Shown here: piece by piece, positions 18,810 to 29,036 of the stretch | How positions within the stretch are numbered: the first letter of the stretch is position 1 | How the letters are laid out: each line of letters starts with the position of its first letter | Origin: a candidate division WOR-3 bacterium | GTDB lineage: Bacteria > Hydrothermota > Tepidihabitantia > SM23-42 > JAOAFX01 | Length of the DNA: 39,975 nucleotides | Reading direction: 5' to 3' | Assembly (NCBI GenBank): GCA_037444665.1 | Contig: JBBILZ010000021.1 | Coordinates: forward strand, 1 to 39,975 | The notes under the pieces: model-generated | What the model saw: the letters and a program-made list of their open reading frames with translations, nothing else | The model's database searches: none | Told to the model about the DNA's origin: nothing | Made by a program: the position numbers and the translations under genes

Positions 18810-20402
18810 ATGTCAGAATTTTTGATGGTGTTAATGTTTTCAGTCTTTGTTAGTCCTGAATTAAAAATACAATTAGAGAATCTGCAGGATAATGAAAAGA
18901 TAACTGTAATCGTTGTAATGGATACTGAATATCCATTTGGTGCAGTAGAAAATCTTCCAATAAAAGAAAAGACGGATATTTTCAAAAAGATTGCACACAA
19001 TAGCCAGCAAAATCTCATTGATTACCTGCAACAGTTCATTTCTGAGATTGAGGAGATAAAGCAGTTCTGGGTCTTTAATGGTCTCCATATCAGGGCGACA
19101 AAGAAAATAGTAAATGAATTAATGAAGCGAGATGATATTAGCGCTATTATCCATAATGGGGTGATAAAACTACCTAAAGTAAAAGGATTACCAAATTCAC
19201 GAACTCCAGAAGGGAACATCAGTAAAGTTATGGCTGATTCGTGCTGGTATGCTGGTTATACTGGTGATAGTATAATTATTGGACATCTTGATACTGGTTG
19301 TGATTTTAACCATCCAGCATTGTCCGGCAAATGGAGTGGTTATTGGCGTGACTGTGTTAATGAACAGACACAGCCCTATGATGATAATGGTCATGGTATA
19401 TTTTCTGCCGGGATTATATGTGGCGGAGATGGATTAGGACCTTTTGTTGATGACATCGGCGTTGCACCAGGTGCAAAATTGGTTGTTGCAAAGGTGTTTA
19501 ACGCGAGTGGCTCTGGACAATATGTATGGATTGATGCAGGTATGGAGTGGATTGCAGATTTGAAGGTGGATTCAGGTGTTGATATCAGGGCAGTTTCAAA
19601 TTCCTGGGGCGGAAGTACCTATGACCTCCATTTCTGGAATATGTGCTTGACCTGGAAGTCCATAGGTATTTTAGGTATTTGGGCAATTGGTTCAAGTGGA
19701 CCAGGGCAAGGAACCTGTAATGCACCAGGGAATTATCCATTGGTTCTGGGCTGTGGTGCGACAGATTCTAATGATGTTATTGCATCCTTTTCCTCGCGCG
19801 GTCCAGCACCGAATCTATCACCATGGAATGATACACTGTATTGGTTCAGGCACGACTGGAATTTGACAAAACCAGATATTGTCGCACCAGGTGTGAATAT
19901 CAGGTCAAGTTATAACAATGGTGGCTATATGACAATGAGCGGCACTTCCTGGACCAATCCCCATGTCGCAGGTGGTGTCGCAATATTATGCGAAGCAAAT
20001 CCCAATCTGACAGTTACTCAACTTTATAATCTTTTTCTTGATAATACGGACAGACCTTCTCATGGTGCACCCTATCCCAATAATACCTATGGCTGGGGAA
20101 GATTGAATGTCTGGAAGGCATTGCAGGCAGCGCTCAATATAAACGAAAATGAGACTGATAGACTTTTTCAACAGATTACAATTTCACCCAATCCCTGTCA
20201 GGGCAGGATAAAAATCAAACCTTCAGATATTGATTACTCAATAATTTTATACGATATTGCGGGTAGAGAAGTCTACAGAACAATCCTTAAGAAAAATTTC
20301 TCAACGGTGAATCTTCCTGGGCAATTAAAGAATGGGGTCTATTTTCTCAGAATAGACACACCATCCCGTGTTATCGTGAAAAAGTTTGTCTTGCTCAGAT
20401 AG
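18810..20402 (+). CDS. S8 family peptidase with propeptide and T9SS-type-A-like C-terminal domain
   Basis: LDTG, GHGIF, GTSWT motifs; PNP...YDIAGR...GVYFL...KKFVLLR. Start ATG 18810 or GTG 18804. Confidence 0.9.
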   Translation: MSEFLMVLMFSVFVSPELKIQLENLQDNEKITVIVVMDTEYPFGAVENLPIKEKTDIFKKIAHNSQQNLIDYLQQFISEIEEIKQFWVFNGLHIRATKKIVNELMKRDDISAIIHNGVIKLPKVKGLPNSRTPEGNISKVMADSCWYAGYTGDSIIIGHLDTGCDFNHPALSGKWSGYWRDCVNEQTQPYDDNGHGIFSAGIICGGDGLGPFVDDIGVAPGAKLVVAKVFNASGSGQYVWIDAGMEWIADLKVDSGVDIRAVSNSWGGSTYDLHFWNMCLTWKSIGILGIWAIGSSGPGQGTCNAPGNYPLVLGCGATDSNDVIASFSSRGPAPNLSPWNDTLYWFRHDWNLTKPDIVAPGVNIRSSYNNGGYMTMSGTSWTNPHVAGGVAILCEANPNLTVTQLYNLFLDNTDRPSHGAPYPNNTYGWGRLNVWKALQAALNINENETDRLFQQITISPNPCQGRIKIKPSDIDYSIILYDIAGREVYRTILKKNFSTVNLPGQLKNGVYFLRIDTPSRVIVKKFVLLR

Positions 20403-20409
20403 CAAAATA

Positions 20410-20757
20410 TTAGAGGTTAACCTGCTGTAAAAAGTTCTGAAATTCTACAAGTCTGCCTTCAGGGTCTTTTGCAAAAAAATGATAAATATTATACTTCTCA
20501 TTCACTACTGGCTCTGCCATTGCCTCAACCCTGAATTTTTTATACATATTATAGACCTGGTCAGTATTTTCATAAACAAATGTTATTATACCCTGGGTAT
20601 CCAGTTCCTCACGCTGGCAGAATCCCAGTAGCAAATTACCGTGTTTCAAAATAATACAATCTGCCTGTTCAAGCCATAGTTCCATACCAATTCTCTCAAT
20701 ATAAAAATCTTTAATTAACCTTAGATTTTTTGTTTTAAAGAATATAATCCCTGACAT
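20410..20757 (-). CDS. VOC/glyoxalase-bleomycin resistance family protein
   Basis: 'DFYIERIGM', 'HFFAKDPEGRLVEF'; GAGG upstream of ATG 20757. Confidence 0.8.
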   Translation of the reverse strand: MSGIIFFKTKNLRLIKDFYIERIGMELWLEQADCIILKHGNLLLGFCQREELDTQGIITFVYENTDQVYNMYKKFRVEAMAEPVVNEKYNIYHFFAKDPEGRLVEFQNFLQQVNL

Positions 20758-20889
20758 AATCCTCAACACCAGATATTAAAAGTATGATTTTTATAATCTT
20801 CACTTTATATTATATTTAAAATAGCCTAAAAATCAACAACCATTTTTTATTGGTTCAAATTACACAGATTATGGAAAAATTAAAACAAA

Positions 20890-23337
20890 TTATTGGTTCT
20901 GCAAGAACAATCTTACTTCATTGTTCTCAGGATTTACTTCCAACACTTTTTCAAATGCTTCCCTCATTAATTGTCTATCACCTTTGTTCTGAAAAATCAA
21001 CCCATCAATAAAATATCTCTGCCCCTGCAAATACCTCTGTAATCTATCAGCATCATCAATTCCTTTAATTACCTCCATAATATTCACACGTGTTCCAAAT
21101 ACTGATTGGATATTCAATTCCCAGTTTTCTCTTTTTAAACTCGCCGGCGTAAAAAACTCTAAGACTGGCCTATCATCTGTGTTAATACCTGACCGTTCAG
21201 TCAAATTTAATATCTGATTATTATCAAGAATACAGGAGGTTGCTACAAGATATGGGTCATTGAGCATATCATCCCTGATATGTTTCAAATTTTCAAAATC
21301 AATTACCTGTGGATACTCTGTTCCTACAAGTATGCCATGTGAATACCCAAGCCATATTGAAGTATATGAAAAAACACTGGCAAAGGTCTTTATCAAAGTT
21401 TTAAATTCATTCGGGCTCAATTTATGGAATGGCAGATACTGGCATACTACTCCGTGTTCTTTCAGATGCTGTTTGCATAATAGAAAATATTCTTTTGTAT
21501 AAAGATTACCACTACCCAGAATAGGATGGGTTGGGTCGCAGGAGATTATATCATATTTTTTATTACTCAGGAGTAAAAAATTCCTGCCGTCATTGGAAAT
21601 AAACTTTACTTTGCTATTATTAAAAATATAGTTATTAAAATTTGTAAAATATTTCGCTGCTTCACGCAAATTAGGGCATATTTCAATACAATCAATCTGT
21701 GTTATGTTATATCGCGCTATGACGGATGTAGTGATACCCACACCAAAGCCAATAACAAGAACATCCTTTGCTGCCTGATTAAAAATAAAAGGCAAACTAC
21801 CCAGCATCTTTACCACTTTAATTGCATCATAGGTTGTCCCAATGACCGCACTGTTATTAACATAACAGGACCTTACACCGGTAATTCTATCTTCACCTAC
21901 AATTACGGTTCCATCTTTTGTCTCCTTGTAGTATAAGACTCGGTCTGACCTCGCTGATGTATGGTAGAGTGATGGTGGCAGGATATATCTATTTTTAAGG
22001 GTAAAAAACGAAATAATTACAAAACATATCACAAGTATATAATTCAACAACTTCCTTTTTGTAGAAATCGTGAAAATAATACCGATAAAAAGATTAACCA
22101 GGGCAACAAAGAAGAGTCCTTTAATAACTCCTAATAACGACAACAAAAATATACCAGCAATAAATGAACCGAGTCCACTACCCAGGGTATTTGTGAAATA
22201 AATCCAGCCGATCTTTCCACCAAGAGACTTTATATTTCTACTATAAATCGTGCACAACAAAGGAAAACTCATACCCATTGCTATTGTAGGAAGAAAAACA
22301 ACGAGCATAGAAAGGATTATTGAGGGCAGAACCATACGAAAGATTGGTACTTCAAGCAGATTTTGTAATGAAAAGAGGACTGAAGGTAATCTATGGAGAA
22401 AAAAACCACCAATGACTATATATAAACCAAGTCCAGTCTGAATTGTTGAAAAGATTTTATAAAGATTATTACTCTTTGAGATTTTAGAAAAAATCATACT
22501 GCCAATAAAAGTTCCCATTAAAAAGACCATTAGAATCACAGTAAATGTGTATGTGGAATTTGTAAGGAAGATTGAAAGTGCTCTGATCCAGAAGATTTCA
22601 CAGGCGAGCCCAGCAAAACCTGTCAGTCCTGCGATAACAGGAATATATTTTATTGGCATCTTATCCTCAAAAATTACATTTTTTCCAACATCTGATTTAC
22701 TCTCTAACTCTTTATCTCTGCTTGATATCAAAATGCTTTTTGAAAAAAACAGCGTGATAGTTCCGACCAAAATATTTACTACTATGGCAAGCAACTGTGT
22801 TAAATTCATACCGATATTACGAATGAGAAAAAATCCTGCCAAAACTGCACCAATAATTCCACCCAGAATATTTATACCATAAAGAATGCTAATACCTCTA
22901 CCCAGCCGGTCAGAATCCTGAACATATATACGGATAATTACAGGTAGTGTGCCACCGATAAAAAAAGCAGGAATGAACATCACAATGAAGGCGAAAATAA
23001 ATATTGCAATTACTGAACTTGATTGATTTAAGTGGAGCATATTGAAAATGGCTCTATATAGAACTGGTAGATTGGGCAAAATCACAAGCAGGATAAAAGA
23101 AAATAGTCCTGTACCAAATTGTAATAGAGAAAACAACAAATGTTTTCTCTTTACTACATCTGCTTTTTTACCAAAATATAATCCGCCAATACCGAGTCCG
23201 AGCATAAAAACCATAATAACAATTGTACTGGCAATAGTGGTGGAACCAAATGTAAGGGCAAGTAATTTTGCCCAGACCACTTCATAAATCAAGGCAGAAA
23301 AACCAGAAAAGAAAAGTAAAACAAGATATATTATCAT
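20890..23337 (-). CDS. Fused membrane (MFS-like) / spermidine synthase-like methyltransferase-fold protein
   Basis: 'SGFSALIYEVVW' TM repeats; 'VLVIGFGVGIT', 'DGRNFL', 'YDIISCDP', 'DDRPVLEF'. Confidence 0.85.
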   Translation of the reverse strand: MIIYLVLLFFSGFSALIYEVVWAKLLALTFGSTTIASTIVIMVFMLGLGIGGLYFGKKADVVKRKHLLFSLLQFGTGLFSFILLVILPNLPVLYRAIFNMLHLNQSSSVIAIFIFAFIVMFIPAFFIGGTLPVIIRIYVQDSDRLGRGISILYGINILGGIIGAVLAGFFLIRNIGMNLTQLLAIVVNILVGTITLFFSKSILISSRDKELESKSDVGKNVIFEDKMPIKYIPVIAGLTGFAGLACEIFWIRALSIFLTNSTYTFTVILMVFLMGTFIGSMIFSKISKSNNLYKIFSTIQTGLGLYIVIGGFFLHRLPSVLFSLQNLLEVPIFRMVLPSIILSMLVVFLPTIAMGMSFPLLCTIYSRNIKSLGGKIGWIYFTNTLGSGLGSFIAGIFLLSLLGVIKGLFFVALVNLFIGIIFTISTKRKLLNYILVICFVIISFFTLKNRYILPPSLYHTSARSDRVLYYKETKDGTVIVGEDRITGVRSCYVNNSAVIGTTYDAIKVVKMLGSLPFIFNQAAKDVLVIGFGVGITTSVIARYNITQIDCIEICPNLREAAKYFTNFNNYIFNNSKVKFISNDGRNFLLLSNKKYDIISCDPTHPILGSGNLYTKEYFLLCKQHLKEHGVVCQYLPFHKLSPNEFKTLIKTFASVFSYTSIWLGYSHGILVGTEYPQVIDFENLKHIRDDMLNDPYLVATSCILDNNQILNLTERSGINTDDRPVLEFFTPASLKRENWELNIQSVFGTRVNIMEVIKGIDDADRLQRYLQGQRYFIDGLIFQNKGDRQLMREAFEKVLEVNPENNEVRLFLQNQ

Positions 23338-23422
23338 GAGAAATGAGTATAATTGCTATAAGTATTATGTCAAGGATAAAAATTTAACTTTGACAAGTTC
23401 AGTTAAATAGATATAATTCAAT

Positions 23423-25330
23423 ATGTGGCGTAAATTCATAAAAAATATCAATATCTGGCATCTTACTCTATTTGCAATTTTTATATTGGTATTTTTTTTC
23501 TCAGTGCGGCAAATCTATGATATAGATATTGGCTTTCATCTTCGTGGTGGTGAATGGATGCTTGAAAATAGAACCTTCCATAGTTATGATGTCTTCACTT
23601 ATACTGTAAGAAATCATGAATATATTGCAATGTATTGGTTTTATCAAATCATTTTATTTCTTATTTTCAAAATTGGCAGTGATAAATTAATCTCAATATG
23701 GAATAGCATTTTAATTTTGATTATCTTTTTTCTATTATATCTTCGCCTGAGAAAGTCTGGTGTTAGCACCTATCTAATAGTAATGTTAATTTTGTTCGGA
23801 CTCTTTCCTTTTGAAATCAGATTTGGTGTACGTCCAGAAATTATGACCTATATTTTTTTGGTACTCACACTCATCATCCTTGACCAGTATTTTTATCATA
23901 AAAAGAATTACCTGTATTTCCTGCCCGTCATCCAATTATGCTGGGTCAATGTCCATGGCTTATTCATTCTGGGATGGGTCGTGGAGCTCTGTTATTTATT
24001 CAGCACCTATATTCACTGCCGACCCCACTACAAAAATTTATTAAAATGGGTAATATTATCTTTTTGCGCTGCATTATTAAATCCATATTTTTTGAAAGGT
24101 ATTCTCTTCCCTTTTTATCTTTTTACCCGACTCCAGCATTCCAGTGTTTTTAAAGATGCCATAACTGAATTTGCATCACCCTTTTCAGCACGGGGTTTTT
24201 TACTGACCTCGCATTCTGCCCTGTTCATTTATTTATTATTTTTTATAGTCCTTTTCATTTTGCTCATCTTTACCCATCGTCATCGCAAATTCCATGAATA
24301 TCTCCTCTTTGTTGCCTTTGGTTACCTTTCCAGTACTGCAGTTCGTAATATTCCATTGTTTATCATCATCGCAATCCAGATGATTGGTTTATGTATTAAA
24401 GATTCTACTCCTTTTTTCAAGAAGTTCATAAGATTTTCAAAACCCGCAGAAAACATCTTTGGTTCAATTATTACAATCTTTGCGATAATCTTCATACTCA
24501 GGGTCATCAATAATGGTTATTATGCAAATCGTGGCGGTGGCAATTTTGGGCTGGGTTTTGACCAGACTGTCCAGCCCATAAAAATGGGTGAATTTATGGT
24601 AAAAAATGGACTGCGGCAGAGGATATTAAACGATATGAACCGGGGTAGCTGGTTAATCTGGGCAGTGCGCGAACCAGTTTATATTGATGGCAGGCTTGAA
24701 GTTATGAAGGAAACATTATTCAAAGAATTTCATAATAGCCATCAACCAGGAGGTATTATCAAACTCATTGCGAAGTATAATCCTTCAATTATTCTTTTTG
24801 ATTATTCCTATCCTGAAGCGCTCTTCTGGGATATTGATTTAGGGAATTCAACAGACTGGCGAATAATTTACTGGGATGAGACCACAGTGATTTATGCAAA
24901 GAAAGGCTATGCTGAACAGATAGAACCATTCTCATTTTTATCAGCAATTAGCAAAATGGGGATTGATACAAATCTCAGTGAACAGGAAAAATGGAATATT
25001 TTGCGCACGCCCACAAAAAATCACTTTCACCTTTTCTTTGAAAGTTTGTATAAAAGGCAATCCTATCCAGTCGTGTTAACAAGGATGGCTTTTTACGCTT
25101 CAGTAAAACTTGAATTTACGGTTGCTGAAATTTTGTATTTGAATGCATTGAAACATAGTGATTACCACCGCGGAGAAATTTATTTTCGTCTTGGCTTAAT
25201 ATATCATTTTATGCAAAAACTTGATAGGGCAGAATACTGTTACCAAATGGTTCTTCAGGAAAATCCTTATCATAAAAAAGCAAAGACGATGTTATTCCGT
25301 CTCAGAAGGAATTTACCACCAATAGAATAG
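23423..25330 (+). CDS. Polytopic membrane protein with C-terminal TPR, possible GT-C-fold glycosyltransferase
   Basis: 'DIGFHLRGGEW', 'RPE', 'WVNVHG', 'YIDGR' motifs; many TM helices; terminal TPR. Confidence 0.65.
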   Translation: MWRKFIKNINIWHLTLFAIFILVFFFSVRQIYDIDIGFHLRGGEWMLENRTFHSYDVFTYTVRNHEYIAMYWFYQIILFLIFKIGSDKLISIWNSILILIIFFLLYLRLRKSGVSTYLIVMLILFGLFPFEIRFGVRPEIMTYIFLVLTLIILDQYFYHKKNYLYFLPVIQLCWVNVHGLFILGWVVELCYLFSTYIHCRPHYKNLLKWVILSFCAALLNPYFLKGILFPFYLFTRLQHSSVFKDAITEFASPFSARGFLLTSHSALFIYLLFFIVLFILLIFTHRHRKFHEYLLFVAFGYLSSTAVRNIPLFIIIAIQMIGLCIKDSTPFFKKFIRFSKPAENIFGSIITIFAIIFILRVINNGYYANRGGGNFGLGFDQTVQPIKMGEFMVKNGLRQRILNDMNRGSWLIWAVREPVYIDGRLEVMKETLFKEFHNSHQPGGIIKLIAKYNPSIILFDYSYPEALFWDIDLGNSTDWRIIYWDETTVIYAKKGYAEQIEPFSFLSAISKMGIDTNLSEQEKWNILRTPTKNHFHLFFESLYKRQSYPVVLTRMAFYASVKLEFTVAEILYLNALKHSDYHRGEIYFRLGLIYHFMQKLDRAEYCYQMVLQENPYHKKAKTMLFRLRRNLPPIE

Positions 25331-25336
25331 TTTTAA

Positions 25337-26362
25337 TCAATCAAGGACCTCTTCAATTATTCCGCCACCCAGCACAACATCATCCTGATAAAAAACAACA
25401 GATTGACCAGGTGTGGGTGCCCATTGGGGCCGCTCAAAACAGACTTTTGCCTTGTCCTGCTCTGGATAAACCACTGCTGGACTGAGCTGAGAAAAATATC
25501 GGGTCTTTGCCAGAACTTCTACTGGTTGATTAAATTTAAAAGGGAAGACAAAACTTAAATCGGTAGCAATGAGATTTTTTTTGTATACATCCTGTTTTTT
25601 ACCTACATATATTGTATTATTCTCTGCATCAATTTTAATCACATAATATGGTTCTTTATCACTTATACCAATCCCTTTACGCTGGCCCCAGGTATAGTGA
25701 AAAATTCCTTTATGCTCACCAATCTTTTTTTTATTTTTATCATATATTGGACCAGGCTTTTCTGAAATCTTGTTTTTGAGATAGGTAATATAATCCATAT
25801 CCGGTAAAAAACAGACATCCTGGCTCTTTTTTCTGCGGGCGGTCGGCAATCTTAAATTACTTGCGTATCTGCGTGTCTGGTTTTTTGTCCAATCACCAAG
25901 GGGTAGAATGACCTTTTTTAGTTGTGCCTGAGTTAATCGGTATAAGAAATATGACTGTTCATTCTTATCTTTACCCCGTTTTAAATAGAAAATACCATTT
26001 TGCTTTTCAATCCGTGCATAGTGTCCGGTGGCAATCTGGTCAAAACCCATTTCCAATGCTTTATTCAGAAACATTCCGAATTTTATAAGTTTGTTGCATA
26101 GCACGCAGGGGTTCGGTGTTCTTCCTGCTTCATATTCTTTGATAAAATTTTCTATAATTATTTTTTCGTAATAATCAGTAAAATCAAATAAATGGAATTG
26201 TATGCCAAGCACCTTGCAGGCATTCTTTGCAAATTCAATATCCTCATCCTCCACGCCTCTGAACAACATTGTAGCACCAGCCACCTCATAACCTTTTTCT
26301 TTCAAAATAGCAGCAGCAGAAGATGAATCAACCCCACCGCTTAATGCAACAAGGACTTTCAT
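25337..26362 (-). CDS. mnmA: tRNA 2-thiouridine(34) synthase MnmA
   Basis: SGGVDS, GRTPNPCVLCN, ATGHYA, SQDVCF, TPGQSVVFY. Confidence 0.97.
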   Translation of the reverse strand: MKVLVALSGGVDSSSAAAILKEKGYEVAGATMLFRGVEDEDIEFAKNACKVLGIQFHLFDFTDYYEKIIIENFIKEYEAGRTPNPCVLCNKLIKFGMFLNKALEMGFDQIATGHYARIEKQNGIFYLKRGKDKNEQSYFLYRLTQAQLKKVILPLGDWTKNQTRRYASNLRLPTARRKKSQDVCFLPDMDYITYLKNKISEKPGPIYDKNKKKIGEHKGIFHYTWGQRKGIGISDKEPYYVIKIDAENNTIYVGKKQDVYKKNLIATDLSFVFPFKFNQPVEVLAKTRYFSQLSPAVVYPEQDKAKVCFERPQWAPTPGQSVVFYQDDVVLGGGIIEEVLD

Positions 26363-26378
26363 ATATTGAGATGGTAAA

Positions 26379-27557
26379 TTAAACCGACTTTTTTGAAATT
26401 GGTGATATTGCCCTTAATTCTTTTACAATTCCGGGAAAATGTGCACAGAAATAATCAATGTCCTGCTCAGTAGTGAGTCTGCCCAGAGTGATTCTGAGTG
26501 AACCGCGGGCATCTTCAATAGAAACACCTATGGCGGTTAGAACATGCGATGGCTCAAGTGAACCTGATGAACAGGCAGAGCCAGTAGCAACATCAATGCC
26601 AATCTGGTCAAGACGTACAAGTAAGGCTTCTCCCTCAATATACTTCACTATAATATGGCAATTGTTTGGTAGACGCCTTTCTGGATGGCCATTGAAAATT
26701 AAATCATCAACATTATTTTTCAAAAATTTTATCAGGCGGTTGCGTAAGCGTTGAGTATGTTCAACCCTTTGCGACATTTCTTTTATTGCGAGTTCTGCAG
26801 CATACGCCATACCGACAATACCGGGGACATTATGGGTAGAAGACCTCTTCCCCATTTCCTGGGCACCACCATGCAGAAGTGGCACAATCCTCGTTCCTTT
26901 TCTTATGTACAAAACACCAACACCCTTTGGTCCATAAAATTTGTGGGCAGAAATAGAAAGTAAATCAACACCGATTTCATCAACCTTGGTATTGATTGCG
27001 CCGAATGATTGCACAGCATCAGTGTGCAGGTATACATCTCTGTCACGGCATACTTTTGAAATCTCGGAAATCGGTTCTATTGTCCCAATTTCATTATTGG
27101 CATGCATTATGGAAACAAGAATTGTTTTATCGGTGATTGCCTTTTTCACATCATCCGGGTCAACCATACCATATTTATCAACAGGTAAAAAAGTTATCTT
27201 AAAACCCTGTTTTTGCAAAAAAATAAATGGTTCAAGGACTGCGTGGTGTTCAATCTTTGAAGTAATTAAGTGATTGCCCTTATGTGCCATTGCATAGGCA
27301 ACACCCTTTATTGCAGTATTATCAGATTCACTGCCTCCTGAAGTGAAAACAATCTCGTCAGGATTTGCACCAAGTGTATCTGCAATAGTCTTCCTTGCAT
27401 TTTCAACCGCCTCTTTTGCTTCTGTACCAGAACTATGAATGCTTGAAGGATTAGCAAATTTTTCCATAAAATATGGTTTCATTGCTTTAAACACATCGGG
27501 ATGCAGGGGAGTTGTTGCTGCATAATCTAAATAGATTCTCTTTGTCATTTTAGCCAT
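26379..27557 (-). CDS. iscS: Cysteine desulfurase (IscS/NifS)
   Basis: YLDYAATTP, HTDAVQ, SAHKFYGPKGVG, GSACSSG; adjacent to mnmA. Confidence 0.93.
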   Translation of the reverse strand: MAKMTKRIYLDYAATTPLHPDVFKAMKPYFMEKFANPSSIHSSGTEAKEAVENARKTIADTLGANPDEIVFTSGGSESDNTAIKGVAYAMAHKGNHLITSKIEHHAVLEPFIFLQKQGFKITFLPVDKYGMVDPDDVKKAITDKTILVSIMHANNEIGTIEPISEISKVCRDRDVYLHTDAVQSFGAINTKVDEIGVDLLSISAHKFYGPKGVGVLYIRKGTRIVPLLHGGAQEMGKRSSTHNVPGIVGMAYAAELAIKEMSQRVEHTQRLRNRLIKFLKNNVDDLIFNGHPERRLPNNCHIIVKYIEGEALLVRLDQIGIDVATGSACSSGSLEPSHVLTAIGVSIEDARGSLRITLGRLTTEQDIDYFCAHFPGIVKELRAISPISKKSV

Positions 27558-27626
27558 AGATAATTATATATAAAAAATAGACTATGTCAATTATATTGTG
27601 CTTTCAAAAAATCTATGTAATACGGA

Positions 27627-28727
27627 TTATATGTTAAATTGTGACCTTAATTTGTTATGTCCGGCAATGATTCTTTGTTCAAATGGTGAAGCACGAATTA
27701 TATCAAGTTCATGCCTTGCTGACATTGCAATCTCTTCAGCCTGACTGTTTTTGCCAAATATATATTCCCAGGCATATGCACCCGCAATCTTTCCTTCCAG
27801 CATTGCAGTGGATGCCTCTTCTATTGAAGCAAGGTCACCGGCAACAAAAATATGTTTTCGTGATGTCTGCAGATTTTCATTATAGTAAGGCACATTCCCA
27901 CCAAGTTCCGGAACATATCTAATCTCACACCCTGCCTGATACAATAATTCACAAAGGGGTGATAAGCCTATTGCAATTAAGATGATATCACAATCAATGA
28001 TTTTTTCCTTTCCCTGGATACATTCAAATCTGTCATCAACCTCAGTAATTACAGCAGACTCAACACAATCCTTGCCCCGTGCTTCAATAATTGTGTGTTT
28101 CAGGAGTATTGGCACACCAGCCCTTCTTATCTTTGCTGCGTGAACATAATAACCACCGACCCTGGGTAATATTTCAATAATGGCTGCCACCTCAACCCCT
28201 GCCTGGAGCAACTGATAGGGAACAATTAATCCAATATTTCCTGAACCGACCACCAATGCCCTTTTGCCTGGAACAACCCCATATACATTCATCATTGTCT
28301 GAACAGCACCAGCACCATATACTCCAGGTAGATCAGCATTTTCAAATGCGAGCATATTCTCACTTGCACCTGTAGCAAATATATAACTCTTTGCTTTAAT
28401 CTGTAAAAGTTCGTCCTCTTTCAAAACACCTATGGAATCATCGTCATAATATCCTATCACTGTTGCATTCAGTATCACTTCAATACCAAGTTCTGAAATA
28501 TGTTCAGTTAGAATCTTTGCAATATCAATGCCCCGCACGCCACAATAGTGCTCTTTTGAACCAAAAAATTTATGGGTCTGTTTTATTAACTGTCCACCAA
28601 GAATGGGATTATCATCAATTATTAAGACCTTTGCCCCCAGGGTCTTCGCAACAATTGCTGCATTGAGCCCTGCGGGTCCTCCACCGATAACACAGATATC
28701 AATATCTGAACGATAATAATTCTGCAT
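27627..28727 (-). CDS. NAD(P)/FAD-dependent oxidoreductase (sarcosine oxidase alpha/opine oxidase-like)
   Basis: IGGGPAGL, GGQLIKQTHKFFG, ATGA, VGSGNIG, FVAGD. Confidence 0.85.
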   Translation of the reverse strand: MQNYYRSDIDICVIGGGPAGLNAAIVAKTLGAKVLIIDDNPILGGQLIKQTHKFFGSKEHYCGVRGIDIAKILTEHISELGIEVILNATVIGYYDDDSIGVLKEDELLQIKAKSYIFATGASENMLAFENADLPGVYGAGAVQTMMNVYGVVPGKRALVVGSGNIGLIVPYQLLQAGVEVAAIIEILPRVGGYYVHAAKIRRAGVPILLKHTIIEARGKDCVESAVITEVDDRFECIQGKEKIIDCDIILIAIGLSPLCELLYQAGCEIRYVPELGGNVPYYNENLQTSRKHIFVAGDLASIEEASTAMLEGKIAGAYAWEYIFGKNSQAEEIAMSARHELDIIRASPFEQRIIAGHNKLRSQFNI

Positions 28728-29035
28728 TATAATCGCCCCTTGCCCTTTTGCCTCTTTACAACCATTCCTTCTTTTAATGGTTCCATACAGACCATTACAT
28801 TTGGTCTGCCATCAACTTCCATTAAACAGGAAGAACATTTACCCACTGCACAGAAAAAACCACGAGGCCGATTATATTTTTCTGAATATCTTAAAACCTT
28901 AATCCCTGCAGCATGTAATGCAGCAGCAATAGGAACTCCTTCATAACCCTCAAGTTCTTTATCCTCAAAGTAAAATTTAACTTTTTTCTTTCGCTTAAAT
29001 TGTAATATTGGGTGTTCAGTAATATATCCATTCAT
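28727..29035 (-). CDS. 2Fe-2S binding subunit (Fer2_4-like)
   Basis: RPRGFFCAVGKCSSCLM...C. Confidence 0.85.
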   Translation of the reverse strand: MNGYITEHPILQFKRKKKVKFYFEDKELEGYEGVPIAAALHAAGIKVLRYSEKYNRPRGFFCAVGKCSSCLMEVDGRPNVMVCMEPLKEGMVVKRQKGKGRL

Positions 29036-29036
29036 A

